Assembly: GCA_043748015.1 (NCBI GenBank)
Contig: JAYTOA010000182.1
Span: 8,331-72,330 of the forward strand
Reading direction: 5' to 3'
DNA length: 64,000 bases
Source: Flavobacteriales bacterium
Lineage (GTDB): Bacteria; Bacteroidota; Bacteroidia; Flavobacteriales_D; Sanyastnellaceae
The notes under the pieces: generated by a model
Database searches by the model: none
What the model was told of the DNA's origin: nothing
The model's input: only the letters and a program-made list of their open reading frames with translations
Shown here: positions 52,594 to 62,429 of the stretch, one piece after another
Layout of the letters: each line of letters starts with the position of its first letter
Position numbering within the stretch: the first letter of the stretch is position 1
Program-made: the position numbers and the translations under genes

Positions 52594-53796
52594 TTACATT
52601 TTCTCTATTACCACAGCATACCCCTGTCCCACTCCAATGCACATTGTGCAGAGCGCATATTTTTTATTTTGCTTATGCAATTCGATGGAAGCTGTTTGAA
52701 GAAGTCGCGCACCACTCATGCCAAGTGGATGACCTAATGCAATGGCGCCACCATTCGGATTCAATCTTTGATCATTGTCATCAATACCAAGTTGTCTTGT
52801 ACACGCCAAAGCTTGCGCGGCAAACGCTTCATTCAATTCAATGATGTCAACCTGATCAAGACTTATTCCCGCACGCCTCAAAGCCAGTCTACTCGCACTC
52901 ACCGGACCAATTCCCATAATGCGAGGCTCAACACCCACTACAGCCGACGACAAAATGCGTGTCATCGGAGTGAGCATATTCTTTTTAAGCCCTTCTTCGG
53001 AAGCCAAGAGTAATGCAGCAGCTCCGTCGTTCAATCCTGAAGCATTACCTGCAGTTACACTTCCATCCTTCTTAAATGCAGGACGAAGTTTCGCGAGAAT
53101 TTCAATGGTTGTATCGGGTCGAATAAATTCATCATCAGAAAAAACGATTGGATCGCCTTTGCGCTGAGGAATTTTCACTGGCGTAATTTCTTCGGCCAGC
53201 CTTCCACTATTCATAGCTGCTGTCGCTTTTTCCTGCGAACGAAACGCGAACAAATCCTGATCATCGCGTGATATCTTGTAAAGCTCAGCGAGATTTTCCG
53301 CAGTCTCGCCCATTGCATCAGTTCCAAATATTTCTTTCATTTTTGGATTGATAAATCTCCACCCAAAACTGCTGTCGAACATTTGCGCATCTCTGCCAAA
53401 TGCAGAAGAAGTTTTGGAAATAACCCACGGACCGCGCGTCATATGTTCCACGCCACCTGCAATGAAAACATCACCTTCTCTGCTATTGAGAGCGCGTGCA
53501 GCACCGATGGCAGCGGACATTCCCGATGCACACAATCTATTAACTGTCTCACCAGGCACACTCATCGGTAATCCGGCAAGCAATAGTGCCATACGAGCCA
53601 CATTTCGATTGTCTTCTCCGGCCTGATTTGCGCAGCCCAATATCACATCGCTAATCACAGCCGGGTCAAGTGAAGGAAATTTCTCCAACAACTTTTGAAG
53701 CACCAATGCAGCAAGATCATCTGCTCGAACTGTCGAAAGTGTTCCCCCAAAATTTCCAACTGGAGTGCGGACTCCATCTACGATATAGGCATTCAT
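52594..53796 (-). CDS. Thiolase, 3-oxoadipyl-CoA thiolase (PaaJ/PcaF)-like
   Basis: The ORF is trimmed to MNAYIVDGVRTPVGNFGG. It has the active-site NRLCASGM and the C-terminal NPNGGAIALGHPLGMSGA and CIGVGQG motifs. Confidence 0.85.
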   Translation of the reverse strand: MNAYIVDGVRTPVGNFGGTLSTVRADDLAALVLQKLLEKFPSLDPAVISDVILGCANQAGEDNRNVARMALLLAGLPMSVPGETVNRLCASGMSAAIGAARALNSREGDVFIAGGVEHMTRGPWVISKTSSAFGRDAQMFDSSFGWRFINPKMKEIFGTDAMGETAENLAELYKISRDDQDLFAFRSQEKATAAMNSGRLAEEITPVKIPQRKGDPIVFSDDEFIRPDTTIEILAKLRPAFKKDGSVTAGNASGLNDGAAALLLASEEGLKKNMLTPMTRILSSAVVGVEPRIMGIGPVSASRLALRRAGISLDQVDIIELNEAFAAQALACTRQLGIDDNDQRLNPNGGAIALGHPLGMSGARLLQTASIELHKQNKKYALCTMCIGVGQGYAVVIEKM

Positions 53797-53959
53797 AACT
53801 CTTTGCTTTTGCGGCAAAGATGGTCAATCCAACTTAAAGGTGATCAGAATTTATTGATGTGCCAATAAAGCAAAATTCGCTTGTAATCACAAACAGATGG
53901 GCTCGCTTTCCTAAGCTTGCGATTCAATTAAACTTCTCACAAAACGAGTTGGCTTGTCA

Positions 53960-53967
53960 TAAGTTTG
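53960..53967 (+). promoter_or_regulatory. Candidate -7 box TAAGTTTG abutting the surE start codon
   Basis: This perfect TAnnTTTG match ends 4 nt before the ATG at 53972. Confidence 0.35.
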
Positions 53968-53971
53968 CCGC

Positions 53972-54751
53972 ATGAGCATGGAGAAAAAAAGGCCCCTGAT
54001 TTTGGTGACAAATGACGACGGCATTTTCGCGAAAGGAATATTGTCGTTGACAGAAGCCATGATGGAGCATGGCGATGTAGTAGTTGTTGCGCCTGATAAA
54101 CCTCAGTCGGGTATGGGCCACGCTGTTACCATCAACGACTTGCTTCGATTGAACAAAGTGAAATACGATCTGCCCGTGATGGCTGCTTACTCATGCAGCG
54201 GCACTCCGGTTGACTGTGTGAAGCTTGCCATTTACAAAGTGATGCATTGCAAACCGGATCTTGTGGTATCCGGAATCAATCATGGATCTAACTCTTCGAT
54301 TAACGTAATCTATAGCGGAACGATGTCGGCCGCGATGGAGGGCGCTGTCGAAAGCATTCCATCGATTGGATTTTCATTGCTTGATCACAGCGCCGATGCG
54401 GACTTTGACGCAGCCATGCAAACTGCAAAAACCATTGTAGGCAGCGCTTTAGAAAAGGGAATTCCGGAGGGCGTTTGCCTGAATGTCAATATTCCAAAAG
54501 GACTTTATTCTTCATTGAATGGCATCAGAATTTGCAGACAGGCCAAAGCATTCTGGGAAGATAATTTTGATATTAGAATAGATCCTTCAGGAAAAGAATA
54601 TTATTGGCTCACCGGTGAGTTTCGACATACCGATGATGGCGAAGGAACAGATGAGCTAGCCTTACAAAACAATTTTGTTTCCGTGGTTCCCGTTCACTAC
54701 GACCTTACAGCCTATCGTGCCATGGAACATCTTCAAAACTGGAATTTATGA
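53972..54751 (+). CDS. surE: 5'/3'-nucleotidase SurE
   Basis: It contains ILVTNDDGI, SGINHGSN and YSGTMSAAMEG. Confidence 0.9.
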   Translation: MSMEKKRPLILVTNDDGIFAKGILSLTEAMMEHGDVVVVAPDKPQSGMGHAVTINDLLRLNKVKYDLPVMAAYSCSGTPVDCVKLAIYKVMHCKPDLVVSGINHGSNSSINVIYSGTMSAAMEGAVESIPSIGFSLLDHSADADFDAAMQTAKTIVGSALEKGIPEGVCLNVNIPKGLYSSLNGIRICRQAKAFWEDNFDIRIDPSGKEYYWLTGEFRHTDDGEGTDELALQNNFVSVVPVHYDLTAYRAMEHLQNWNL

Positions 54752-55047
54752 TTAAAGCGTCAATCAATAAAGTATGGGTCGGCATCGTTGCCGGAATCCT
54801 TGGAGCCATTTTAGGATTCGTCATTTTTGGAATTGGTTTCGGATTGAAAAACGACATGACATTCAAATCTTTCGTCTTCGATGTTTTCCTTCAGGTAACC
54901 GATTTTCAAAGCCGAATTGTTACGTTTTCGATGTTGATCGATGTGATCCTATTCTTCATATTCATCAGAAAAGACTATCAGGAATTTTGCAAAGGACTGC
55001 TCGCTGTTCTTGTCTTGTCCGTAATAGCCGTGGTAGTGCTTTATTGA
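54748..55047 (+). CDS. Small integral membrane protein
   Basis: The 99-aa ORF has three hydrophobic helices. It overlaps the surE stop by ATGA, which suggests translational coupling. Confidence 0.5.
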   Translation: MIKASINKVWVGIVAGILGAILGFVIFGIGFGLKNDMTFKSFVFDVFLQVTDFQSRIVTFSMLIDVILFFIFIRKDYQEFCKGLLAVLVLSVIAVVVLY

Positions 55048-55086
55048 GATCACTACAGCAATACATTTACCCCAATTTCCAACTCT

Positions 55087-56202
55087 GTGAAGCTTTACAT
55101 TATAGCAGGCGAAGCATCAGGTGATCTTCATGGATCGAATCTCATTCGCGCATTTCGTGCGCAAAAAAGTGACATCGAGATTCGCTGTTGGGGTGGCGAT
55201 TTGATGAAAGAACAAGGCGCTACACTCGTTAAGCATTACCGGGATCTCGCTTTTATGGGATTTCTCGAAGTGCTTCTCAACATCAAAACCATCTTCAAAA
55301 ATCTTGCATTTTGCAAAAAAGACATTGAGACTTTTGCTCCTGATGCGCTTATCCTGATTGACTATCCGGGGTTTAATCTGCGCATTGCAGAATGGGCAGC
55401 GAAAAACAGGATCAAAGTTTTTTATTACATCTCACCACAAATATGGGCCTGGAAAGAAAATCGCATCCATCAAATAAAGCGTGACGTAGATAAAATGTTT
55501 GTCGTGCTTCCTTTTGAAAAAGATTTTTATCAAAAGCATCAAATGGATGTCGATTTTGTTGGACATCCTCTGCTCGATGTTATTTCAGAGCGCAAGAAAA
55601 ACACTGAAAAATTTCTTACTGAAAACAACCTGGTGAAAAAGCCCATTATTGCACTACTCCCGGGAAGCAGAAGTCAAGAAATATCTACGATGCTACCATT
55701 GATGCTCTCTGTAAAGAATGAATTCCCGCATCATCAATTCGTTATTGCCGGCGCACCGGGACAAGAGCCTTCATTCTACCATGCATTTTTGAAATCTGAT
55801 GACGTGAATATCATTTTTGGTAAAACGTATGATTTGCTCCTTCATGCAGATGCAGGATTGATCACAAGCGGAACTGCCACATTGGAGGCAGGACTTTTCA
55901 AATTACCACAGGTCGTTTGCTACAAAGGCAGTCAAATATCATATCAAATTGCAAGACGACTTATCAAAATCAAATACATATCGCTTGTCAACTTGATTTT
56001 GGATAAACCTTCCGTCAAAGAACTCATTCAAAACGACCTCAGCAAGAAAAACATCACTGCTGAATTGAAAGCACTTTTGAATGATCCCAAGCGCATAGGG
56101 CAAATGACAAAAGATTACGACAAATTGATTGAGATGCTCGGTGGAAATGGTGCTTCTGAAAGAACTGCCACAGGCATGTTGAAAATTATGGAACAGGGAT
56201 AA
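55087..56202 (+). CDS. lpxB: Lipid-A-disaccharide synthase
   Basis: It has a GTG start and contains KLYIIAGEASGDLHG, IDYPGFNL and SGTATLE. Confidence 0.85.
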   Translation: MKLYIIAGEASGDLHGSNLIRAFRAQKSDIEIRCWGGDLMKEQGATLVKHYRDLAFMGFLEVLLNIKTIFKNLAFCKKDIETFAPDALILIDYPGFNLRIAEWAAKNRIKVFYYISPQIWAWKENRIHQIKRDVDKMFVVLPFEKDFYQKHQMDVDFVGHPLLDVISERKKNTEKFLTENNLVKKPIIALLPGSRSQEISTMLPLMLSVKNEFPHHQFVIAGAPGQEPSFYHAFLKSDDVNIIFGKTYDLLLHADAGLITSGTATLEAGLFKLPQVVCYKGSQISYQIARRLIKIKYISLVNLILDKPSVKELIQNDLSKKNITAELKALLNDPKRIGQMTKDYDKLIEMLGGNGASERTATGMLKIMEQG

Positions 56203-56241
56203 TAGTGCCTGCCTTTGTCGACCTAATTTCGTTTCCTTCAC

Positions 56242-57387
56242 ATGCGCCTCATTTTTTTCATTTTTCTTGTCGGCTTTGCATCAAAAGCGTCGGCTGATCC
56301 GATTCTCGTTGGCATTCATTATGGTCAGGAGTATCTGCGCGCAACTATTACTATCAAAAAAGGAAGCTATGCTGTCACTGAAAACGGCAGAAATCTATTC
56401 ATTATCAAAGAGGGACAAACGGTTGATATAACCGCATCAGCAGGCAAGGTGAATGCTTTTTTCAATGGTGAGGATTATGCAGGCACCAACAAGTTGCATT
56501 TCTATTCATTGGCCACGTCTGCATTCAACATTCACCCTGCCGGGCACAAAACAAGCGCTCACGTTTATGAGGAAAATCTTGTTGCTTTTGCCTACAACGG
56601 AAGGCTGCAACTGGTAAATGAAATTGAACTGGAAAAATACGTGGCAGGAGTTATTGAAGCTGAAAGCGGCAAGGGTCAGGACCTGGAATATTACAAAGTG
56701 CAATCCGTCATTAGCAGAACTTACGCGCTCAACAATCTCGTCCGACACCAGGCTGAAGGCTATCAACTGTGTGATGCGACGCATTGCCAGGTTTACCACG
56801 GCAGACCGCAGAACGAGCCATCGGCCGCAATTGCAACAGATGCAACAAGAGATATAGTGATTGTAGATCATGAAATACGGTTGATTACTGCTGCATTTCA
56901 CAGCAACTGCGGAGGCACAACTGTCAACGCACAAGATGTTTGGTCAAAGCCTCTTTCCTATTGCGTCAGCAAAACGGATTCGTTCTGTGTAGATATGCCA
57001 CATAGTAAGTGGGAAAAAACCATCACAATGGAAAGATGGAATAACTATCTCATCAGCAAACGCAGTGATTACGCCATAGCAGGTGTGAGTGAAGTGTCGC
57101 CGAATGCAGGCGTGGATAGGCAATTCTACGTTGTGGACAGCACGCTAAAAATACCGACTCGGATGATGAGGGAAGATTTGAAATTGCGTTCGACTATGTT
57201 CGAAATGACGAGAACCGGAGACGACGTTCTTTTTAAAGGACAAGGTTTTGGACATGGTGTTGGCTTATGTCAGGAGGGTGCAATGAAGATGGCGATCCTT
57301 GATTATTGTTACGAAGAAATCATACACTTTTATTACAAAGATGTCCATTTGATTCCACGATACATGATGTGGTTTTTCCAGGAGTAA
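56242..57387 (+). CDS. SpoIID/LytB domain-containing protein
   Basis: It contains YVAGVIEAE...VISRTYAL, CDATHCQVYHG, FHSNCGGTT and GHGVGLCQEGA. Confidence 0.75.
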   Translation: MRLIFFIFLVGFASKASADPILVGIHYGQEYLRATITIKKGSYAVTENGRNLFIIKEGQTVDITASAGKVNAFFNGEDYAGTNKLHFYSLATSAFNIHPAGHKTSAHVYEENLVAFAYNGRLQLVNEIELEKYVAGVIEAESGKGQDLEYYKVQSVISRTYALNNLVRHQAEGYQLCDATHCQVYHGRPQNEPSAAIATDATRDIVIVDHEIRLITAAFHSNCGGTTVNAQDVWSKPLSYCVSKTDSFCVDMPHSKWEKTITMERWNNYLISKRSDYAIAGVSEVSPNAGVDRQFYVVDSTLKIPTRMMREDLKLRSTMFEMTRTGDDVLFKGQGFGHGVGLCQEGAMKMAILDYCYEEIIHFYYKDVHLIPRYMMWFFQE

Positions 57388-57599
57388 CAAGCGGTTTGGC
57401 GGCATTTGATCTGAGATTCATGACATTCAGATTTTGCATCGTCACCATTGGAAACGAATTTTCATGTTGACCGGTGATTGAAAACCATCATCATTCATCC
57501 ATAGACTTAACACTCTTTTTGACCGTTTAACACGCGACCTCGAACATCCAGAATTAAATTCGCTCAGCATTAACCCAACACATTTTTATTTTTATTCAA

Positions 57600-59264
57600 A
57601 TGAAAAAACACGCACTTCACTGCATGCTTCTGGCACTTCTTATGCTCACATTTTCGAATGCGTTTGCTCAGAACAAGGCACAGATACATGTAAAGAAAAA
57701 TCAGAATGGTGTTCAATCTGAAGAAACGCGAGAAATCATTCTATCAGAAAATCAAAACATTCAAGACTTATTGATTGAACTTGGAATTCTTGATCAACTT
57801 GGCAACCTTCACGAAGGGCAAGAATTGGAAATCAAGATTGAAAAATCACAAGGTGAAGGAAATAACCAACAGCTCGAGTTGATGTTTGGACCGGCTCCAA
57901 GAGCGAATAATTCACTGCCTGACTTTGCGCCGGCACCTGCCATGGAAAAGAAGCCATTCCTTGGCGTTATGCTGCGTGAGAACAAGCAGGAAATCAAAAC
58001 CAAATCGGGAGCTAAAGGAGTTGTGATAACGGAAATCGTTGAGGGGACTTCCGCCGAGAAAGCGGAGTTTCATGAAGGCGACATCATACTTGAAATCGAC
58101 AACAACCCGATGAGTAACACCCGAGATGTCATTGATCAGATTCAATCGCATCAAACGGGTGATAAGGTTACCGTGTTGATTTTACGCGATGGAAAAGAGA
58201 AAAAGATAAAGGCTAAACTCGGTGAGCGTGAGATGGAGAAAGACATTAATATTCGCGGCAAGCGAACAGAAAAAGACATAAAGACTATTGACGATCAAAA
58301 TTTCAGATTCCGATTCAGTCCTGATTCCATCACTATCTTTTCTCCCAATGCTTCAGGTGAAGATTTCCCGAATGACTCCATGAAAATTTGCCAGCCCTTC
58401 TCATGGAACAGTGAAGGAATGGTAATCACAGAAACTGCCTTTTTAGGTGTAACTCCGGCTGAAGAAATTTCCACAGAAGGCGTAAAAGTGAATGTACAAG
58501 AAGCAACATCAGCCGAAATAATGGGTATTCAAACCGGTGATGTCATTATTTCTGTGAACGGAACTCCTGTAAAAACATTCAATGAGCTTGCAGATCAAGT
58601 TACAAGAATGAAACCAGGAGACGTAGTGAAACTTGTGGTGCTTCGTGATGACAAACAAAAAGAAATTTCCGGTCCTATCGGGAAAAAAAACATCAGCGGT
58701 ATGGAAGACTTCAGAATTTTCCACGACTTCAAAGGGATGGACGAAGGTGGCAACTACTTCTATGATTTCGAATTTGACATGGACGAGAACGATCTCGAAG
58801 ATCGTATGCAGCAATTGCTGTTTGAACTGGATGAACAAAGGCTGCAGCTTGACGACGAGCGCAGTCGAATTGAGGATGAAATTGAAAGGCTTCATGAAAA
58901 CAGCGAGCGCATCAGCATCAAAATTCAAATCGCTGAAATCAATCCCGAAGAAGCCGCTAATGTTAACAAAACCGCTACACCAAAACTTTCTTTGTCCAAC
59001 GATCTTGCTATCGATGAAATTTCATTCTTCCCAAATCCAAACAACGGCATATTGAATTTGAATTTCAAGACGACGGAAAAGAAAGCTGTAAAAGTTTTAC
59101 TCTATAGCAGCCGTGGAGATATTATATATCTCGAAGAGAGATCCAATTTTGATGGTAACTATAGCAAAACGATTGATATTTCCAATGAACCAAATGGGTC
59201 ATACTATTTGCAGATCGTTCAGAATGGAAAAAGCTACAGTAAAAAAATCATCAAAGGTTCTTAA
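57600..59264 (+). CDS. Secreted double-PDZ protein with coiled coil and a T9SS type A C-terminal sorting domain
   Basis: It has a signal peptide and two PDZ-like segments (GVVITEIVEGTSAEKAEFHEGDIILEIDN; ATSAEIMGIQTGDVIISVNG). It also has an acidic coiled coil and a C-terminal FFPNPNNGILNLNF...GSYYLQIVQNGKSYSKKIIK. Confidence 0.75.
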   Translation: MKKHALHCMLLALLMLTFSNAFAQNKAQIHVKKNQNGVQSEETREIILSENQNIQDLLIELGILDQLGNLHEGQELEIKIEKSQGEGNNQQLELMFGPAPRANNSLPDFAPAPAMEKKPFLGVMLRENKQEIKTKSGAKGVVITEIVEGTSAEKAEFHEGDIILEIDNNPMSNTRDVIDQIQSHQTGDKVTVLILRDGKEKKIKAKLGEREMEKDINIRGKRTEKDIKTIDDQNFRFRFSPDSITIFSPNASGEDFPNDSMKICQPFSWNSEGMVITETAFLGVTPAEEISTEGVKVNVQEATSAEIMGIQTGDVIISVNGTPVKTFNELADQVTRMKPGDVVKLVVLRDDKQKEISGPIGKKNISGMEDFRIFHDFKGMDEGGNYFYDFEFDMDENDLEDRMQQLLFELDEQRLQLDDERSRIEDEIERLHENSERISIKIQIAEINPEEAANVNKTATPKLSLSNDLAIDEISFFPNPNNGILNLNFKTTEKKAVKVLLYSSRGDIIYLEERSNFDGNYSKTIDISNEPNGSYYLQIVQNGKSYSKKIIKGS

Positions 59265-59316
59265 TTGATTATCAGCAACGCTCTGCGTTTTGCTCAAACA
59301 AAATTTAGAATAGGCA

Positions 59317-59349
59317 AAAGCCATCAGTATTGAACTGATGGCTTTTTTC
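59317..59349 (+). terminator. Rho-independent terminator of the PDZ/T9SS gene
   Basis: AAAAGCCATCAGT-ATTGAA-CTGATGGCTTTT is followed by a T run. Confidence 0.65.
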
Positions 59350-59371
59350 GTTTTCCGCTAATATTGCACCC

Positions 59372-60259
59372 ATGCGTGCCCTCTTCATACTTAACGGCAG
59401 TAAGCGAAAAGCAAGGAGGATTCCTGAAGTGATGAATGCGCAGAAGTTGGAAGGTGAAGAATACAATTTTATTTTCACAAAACACAAAGGTGATGCTATC
59501 ACATTGACATTTGAAAACGCATCGACATACGATATTCTGGTCGCAGTTGGTGGCGATGGAACTATACATGAATGCGTCAACGGACTTATGCAATTGAAAA
59601 CGCTTCTCCCTGAAAAAAAACTTCCTGCGCTCTTACCTTGGCCTATGGGATCAGGAAACGACTTCGCAAGAAATTTCAAATGGACATCTGATGCTATCAC
59701 GATTCTCGCAAGATTTAGAAAGGGTGAAACGAAAAAAATTGACATTGGCCAAGTACAATTTCAAAGTGAGAAATCAATCTATTTCGTGAACGAATTGAGT
59801 TTGGGACTCGGTCCGAAAGTGGTCGAATTGGTTGAAAAATTTCCGCGTATGATTCCGGGAAGACTGAAATTTGGACCCGCCATTTTTCTCGCATTTCTAT
59901 TCTTTAAAAAGAAAAAAATCATTCTGCGATCAGAAGAATTCAACTCCGCCGATAAAGCAATTGCTGTAGTCATTGCAAATGGAAAATACTTCGGTAGCGG
60001 TATTGGCATTGCTCCGGAAGCAGCGTTGAATGATGGCTTGCTCAACTTAACAGTTATCGGAAATATTTCTCTTCTTGATTATTTGAAACATATCACAACG
60101 ATGAAACAATGCAAAAAAGTTGTTCATCCGCATGTGCACTATCATGAATTACAGATGATCGAGATAATGAATGAAGGAGCAATAGAAACAGATGGCGAGT
60201 TGAATGCACATGCACCGGCTAAAATTCAAATCATCAAAGCCGCTTTGGAAATAATGTAG
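59372..60259 (+). CDS. Diacylglycerol kinase-family lipid kinase (YegS/BmrU-like)
   Basis: It contains ILNGSKRK and VAVGGDGTIHECVNGL (the DAGK catalytic-domain motif). Confidence 0.8.
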   Translation: MRALFILNGSKRKARRIPEVMNAQKLEGEEYNFIFTKHKGDAITLTFENASTYDILVAVGGDGTIHECVNGLMQLKTLLPEKKLPALLPWPMGSGNDFARNFKWTSDAITILARFRKGETKKIDIGQVQFQSEKSIYFVNELSLGLGPKVVELVEKFPRMIPGRLKFGPAIFLAFLFFKKKKIILRSEEFNSADKAIAVVIANGKYFGSGIGIAPEAALNDGLLNLTVIGNISLLDYLKHITTMKQCKKVVHPHVHYHELQMIEIMNEGAIETDGELNAHAPAKIQIIKAALEIM

Positions 60260-60289
60260 GAATCTCTCTCTGAAATGCTCTGAAGTGAT

Positions 60290-60718
60290 TCATTCCAATA
60301 TCCACTCCTTGCCTGTTCTGAAAACTGTTCCTTTGAAATGTGCTACCGCGCGATTGTCCTGATTGAAAACAGTAATATAGTAGAGAGCAGTTCGCGTTGT
60401 CAGATTCATTTCTTTTACTTCCGCTGTTAAAACATCGCCCTCTTTCACCGGCAATACATGTGAAATGGATGTTTCAATTGAGACACTTTGAATGCCGTGA
60501 CTATTACTGGCAAATGCGAGGGCGCTATCAGCAAGTGAATAAGCAATGCCTCCATGTGCAATTGAAAATCCATTCAGCATTTCCTTGCGAATCGTCATGC
60601 GCAACACTGATATACCGGGACCGTCTTTAACGCGCTCGATCCCCATCCATTGAGACATTGGATCGTTGTTGTACATTTTATCTACAATTGACTTTGCTTT
60701 CTCTTCTTCGGTAGTCAT
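60290..60718 (-). CDS. paaI: Hotdog-fold thioesterase, PaaI-like
   Basis: The 142-aa ORF contains NGFSIAHGGIAYSLADSALAFA, typical of the PaaI/YdiI subfamily. Confidence 0.75.
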   Translation of the reverse strand: MTTEEEKAKSIVDKMYNNDPMSQWMGIERVKDGPGISVLRMTIRKEMLNGFSIAHGGIAYSLADSALAFASNSHGIQSVSIETSISHVLPVKEGDVLTAEVKEMNLTTRTALYYITVFNQDNRAVAHFKGTVFRTGKEWILE

Positions 60719-60847
60719 GGTGCAAATTTTGCTATCTTACAAAGTAAATCAACTTTCGCCCGTAAATTTGATCGACTGAAATTTCAATACGTGAATTACA
60801 TACCCAGCACAAATCACATCTTCAATTCGAAAATTATTGCAACGCAT

Positions 60848-61405
60848 ATGAAAAGGGCGATCTTTATTCTTCTGCTGACGATCACCTCTTTGATCTCTTT
60901 TGGACAAAAAACAACTGAAGACGATTACGCGACATCATCAAAAAAAGGGGATACAAAAACCGAGAAGAAAGTTCCACTTAAGGACCGACTGGTATTTGGA
61001 GGTAATGTTGGTGGATATTTCGGCAATCGATCATACTTCCAACTCAATCCTATGGTTGGTTACAAAATGAATTCCTGGTGGGTCAATGGTGTTGGCTTAA
61101 ATTATATCTACGCGTCAGGTGGAGGGATCAAACAGAATGTTTATGGTGCAAGCGTTTGGAGCAGGGCGTACGTCTTCAAATCTCTAATGCTTCACACAGA
61201 ATTTGAGATGCTGAAACTAAATTATAGCGCTCAAAACGGTTCCACCTTTCATGCAACTGTGCCAGTATGGCTAATTGGAGCGGGTTATCAAACCAGATCT
61301 CAAGGAATAGGTTTGGGATTTATGATACTATACGACCTCATTCAGGATCCTTATTCGCCGTATTCGTCCCCGGTATTTAGAATTGGCGGATTGATTGGTT
61401 TCTAA
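60848..61405 (+). CDS. Hypothetical secreted/outer-membrane protein
   Basis: The ORF is trimmed to MKRAIFILLLTITSLISFGQ. It is Gly/aromatic-rich with beta-strand-like periodicity and ends in F. Confidence 0.5.
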   Translation: MKRAIFILLLTITSLISFGQKTTEDDYATSSKKGDTKTEKKVPLKDRLVFGGNVGGYFGNRSYFQLNPMVGYKMNSWWVNGVGLNYIYASGGGIKQNVYGASVWSRAYVFKSLMLHTEFEMLKLNYSAQNGSTFHATVPVWLIGAGYQTRSQGIGLGFMILYDLIQDPYSPYSSPVFRIGGLIGF

Positions 61406-62361
61406 TCGGAAAGTGTATCAGAAACTGAAGGCTTCAGTTCTTCCTTGACATCTTCAGGCTTCAAGTCTTCATCCTCTTCTTCCGTTTCCTGTGTCGCATT
61501 CTTGACGGGACGCTCATCGTCGATAATCGCAGGCAAATCTTCCACTGGAACATCCTTCAATTTCTTTTCCGTTTCCTTTTCAATCTTCAACCGATCTTCT
61601 TTCGGTGTTTCCTTTTTATATCGCGTGAAATAGTCATCACCAATCAGACGCATCAGATTCGCGATTTGAGTCTGTCGCTTCTTCATGTATCCGCCGGGCT
61701 TGACTACGCTATACTTCGTTGGATTGGGGAGACATGCTGCAATCAACGCGGCCTGCTCACGTGAAAGTGATGATGCCTTTTCGTCGAAGTAGTCATGAGC
61801 TGCTGCACCGACACCAAATTTGCACGGTCCCATCTCAATCACGTTGAGGTAAACTTCCATGATGCGATCCTTTCCCCAGAAAAATTCAATGAGATAACTG
61901 AAGTAAACTTCAAATCCTTTGCGAATCCATTTATTCCACTTTGCTTTACCGGGCCATAGAAAAACGTTCTTCGCCGTTTGTTGAGTAATTGTGCTTGCGC
62001 CACGGTATTTCCCCTTCTTTTTACCAATTGTCTCGTTGTACTTTTTGGCTTTTTCCACCGCGCCCCAGTCTATACCTCCGTGCTTCATGAAGTTGTTGTC
62101 TTCACTTGCAACAACGGCCAACTTCATATGATTAGAAATCTTGTCGCCGTCCACCCACTCTTTGCGAAAAGTAGTACCCGCTGGACAATCACATGTAAAC
62201 TGCAAATAAGTTGTTGGAGGATTCACCCATTTATAAATCACTACCCATAAAACCGTAAAGAGAAAAAACGCAAGTCCGAATTTCCAACAAAAACGCCATA
62301 TGCGAAGCTGTATTGAACGCTTTTCGATATTGCTTGTTGATTTGCGAAACAAGGATTTCAT
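61402..62361 (-). CDS. mtgA: Monofunctional biosynthetic peptidoglycan transglycosylase with an acidic C-terminal extension
   Basis: It has the GT51 motifs EDNNFMKHGGIDW, GASTITQQTAKN and RIMEVYLN. The tail of about 75 aa is rich in Glu/Asp/Lys. Confidence 0.85.
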   Translation of the reverse strand: MKSLFRKSTSNIEKRSIQLRIWRFCWKFGLAFFLFTVLWVVIYKWVNPPTTYLQFTCDCPAGTTFRKEWVDGDKISNHMKLAVVASEDNNFMKHGGIDWGAVEKAKKYNETIGKKKGKYRGASTITQQTAKNVFLWPGKAKWNKWIRKGFEVYFSYLIEFFWGKDRIMEVYLNVIEMGPCKFGVGAAAHDYFDEKASSLSREQAALIAACLPNPTKYSVVKPGGYMKKRQTQIANLMRLIGDDYFTRYKKETPKEDRLKIEKETEKKLKDVPVEDLPAIIDDERPVKNATQETEEEDEDLKPEDVKEELKPSVSDTLSD

Positions 62362-62429
62362 TTGACTCTGTTGGTGTAACCTTATACAAGTAATTGAATC
62401 CCTGCAATCTAAATTTTGCGTAAAAGGAA

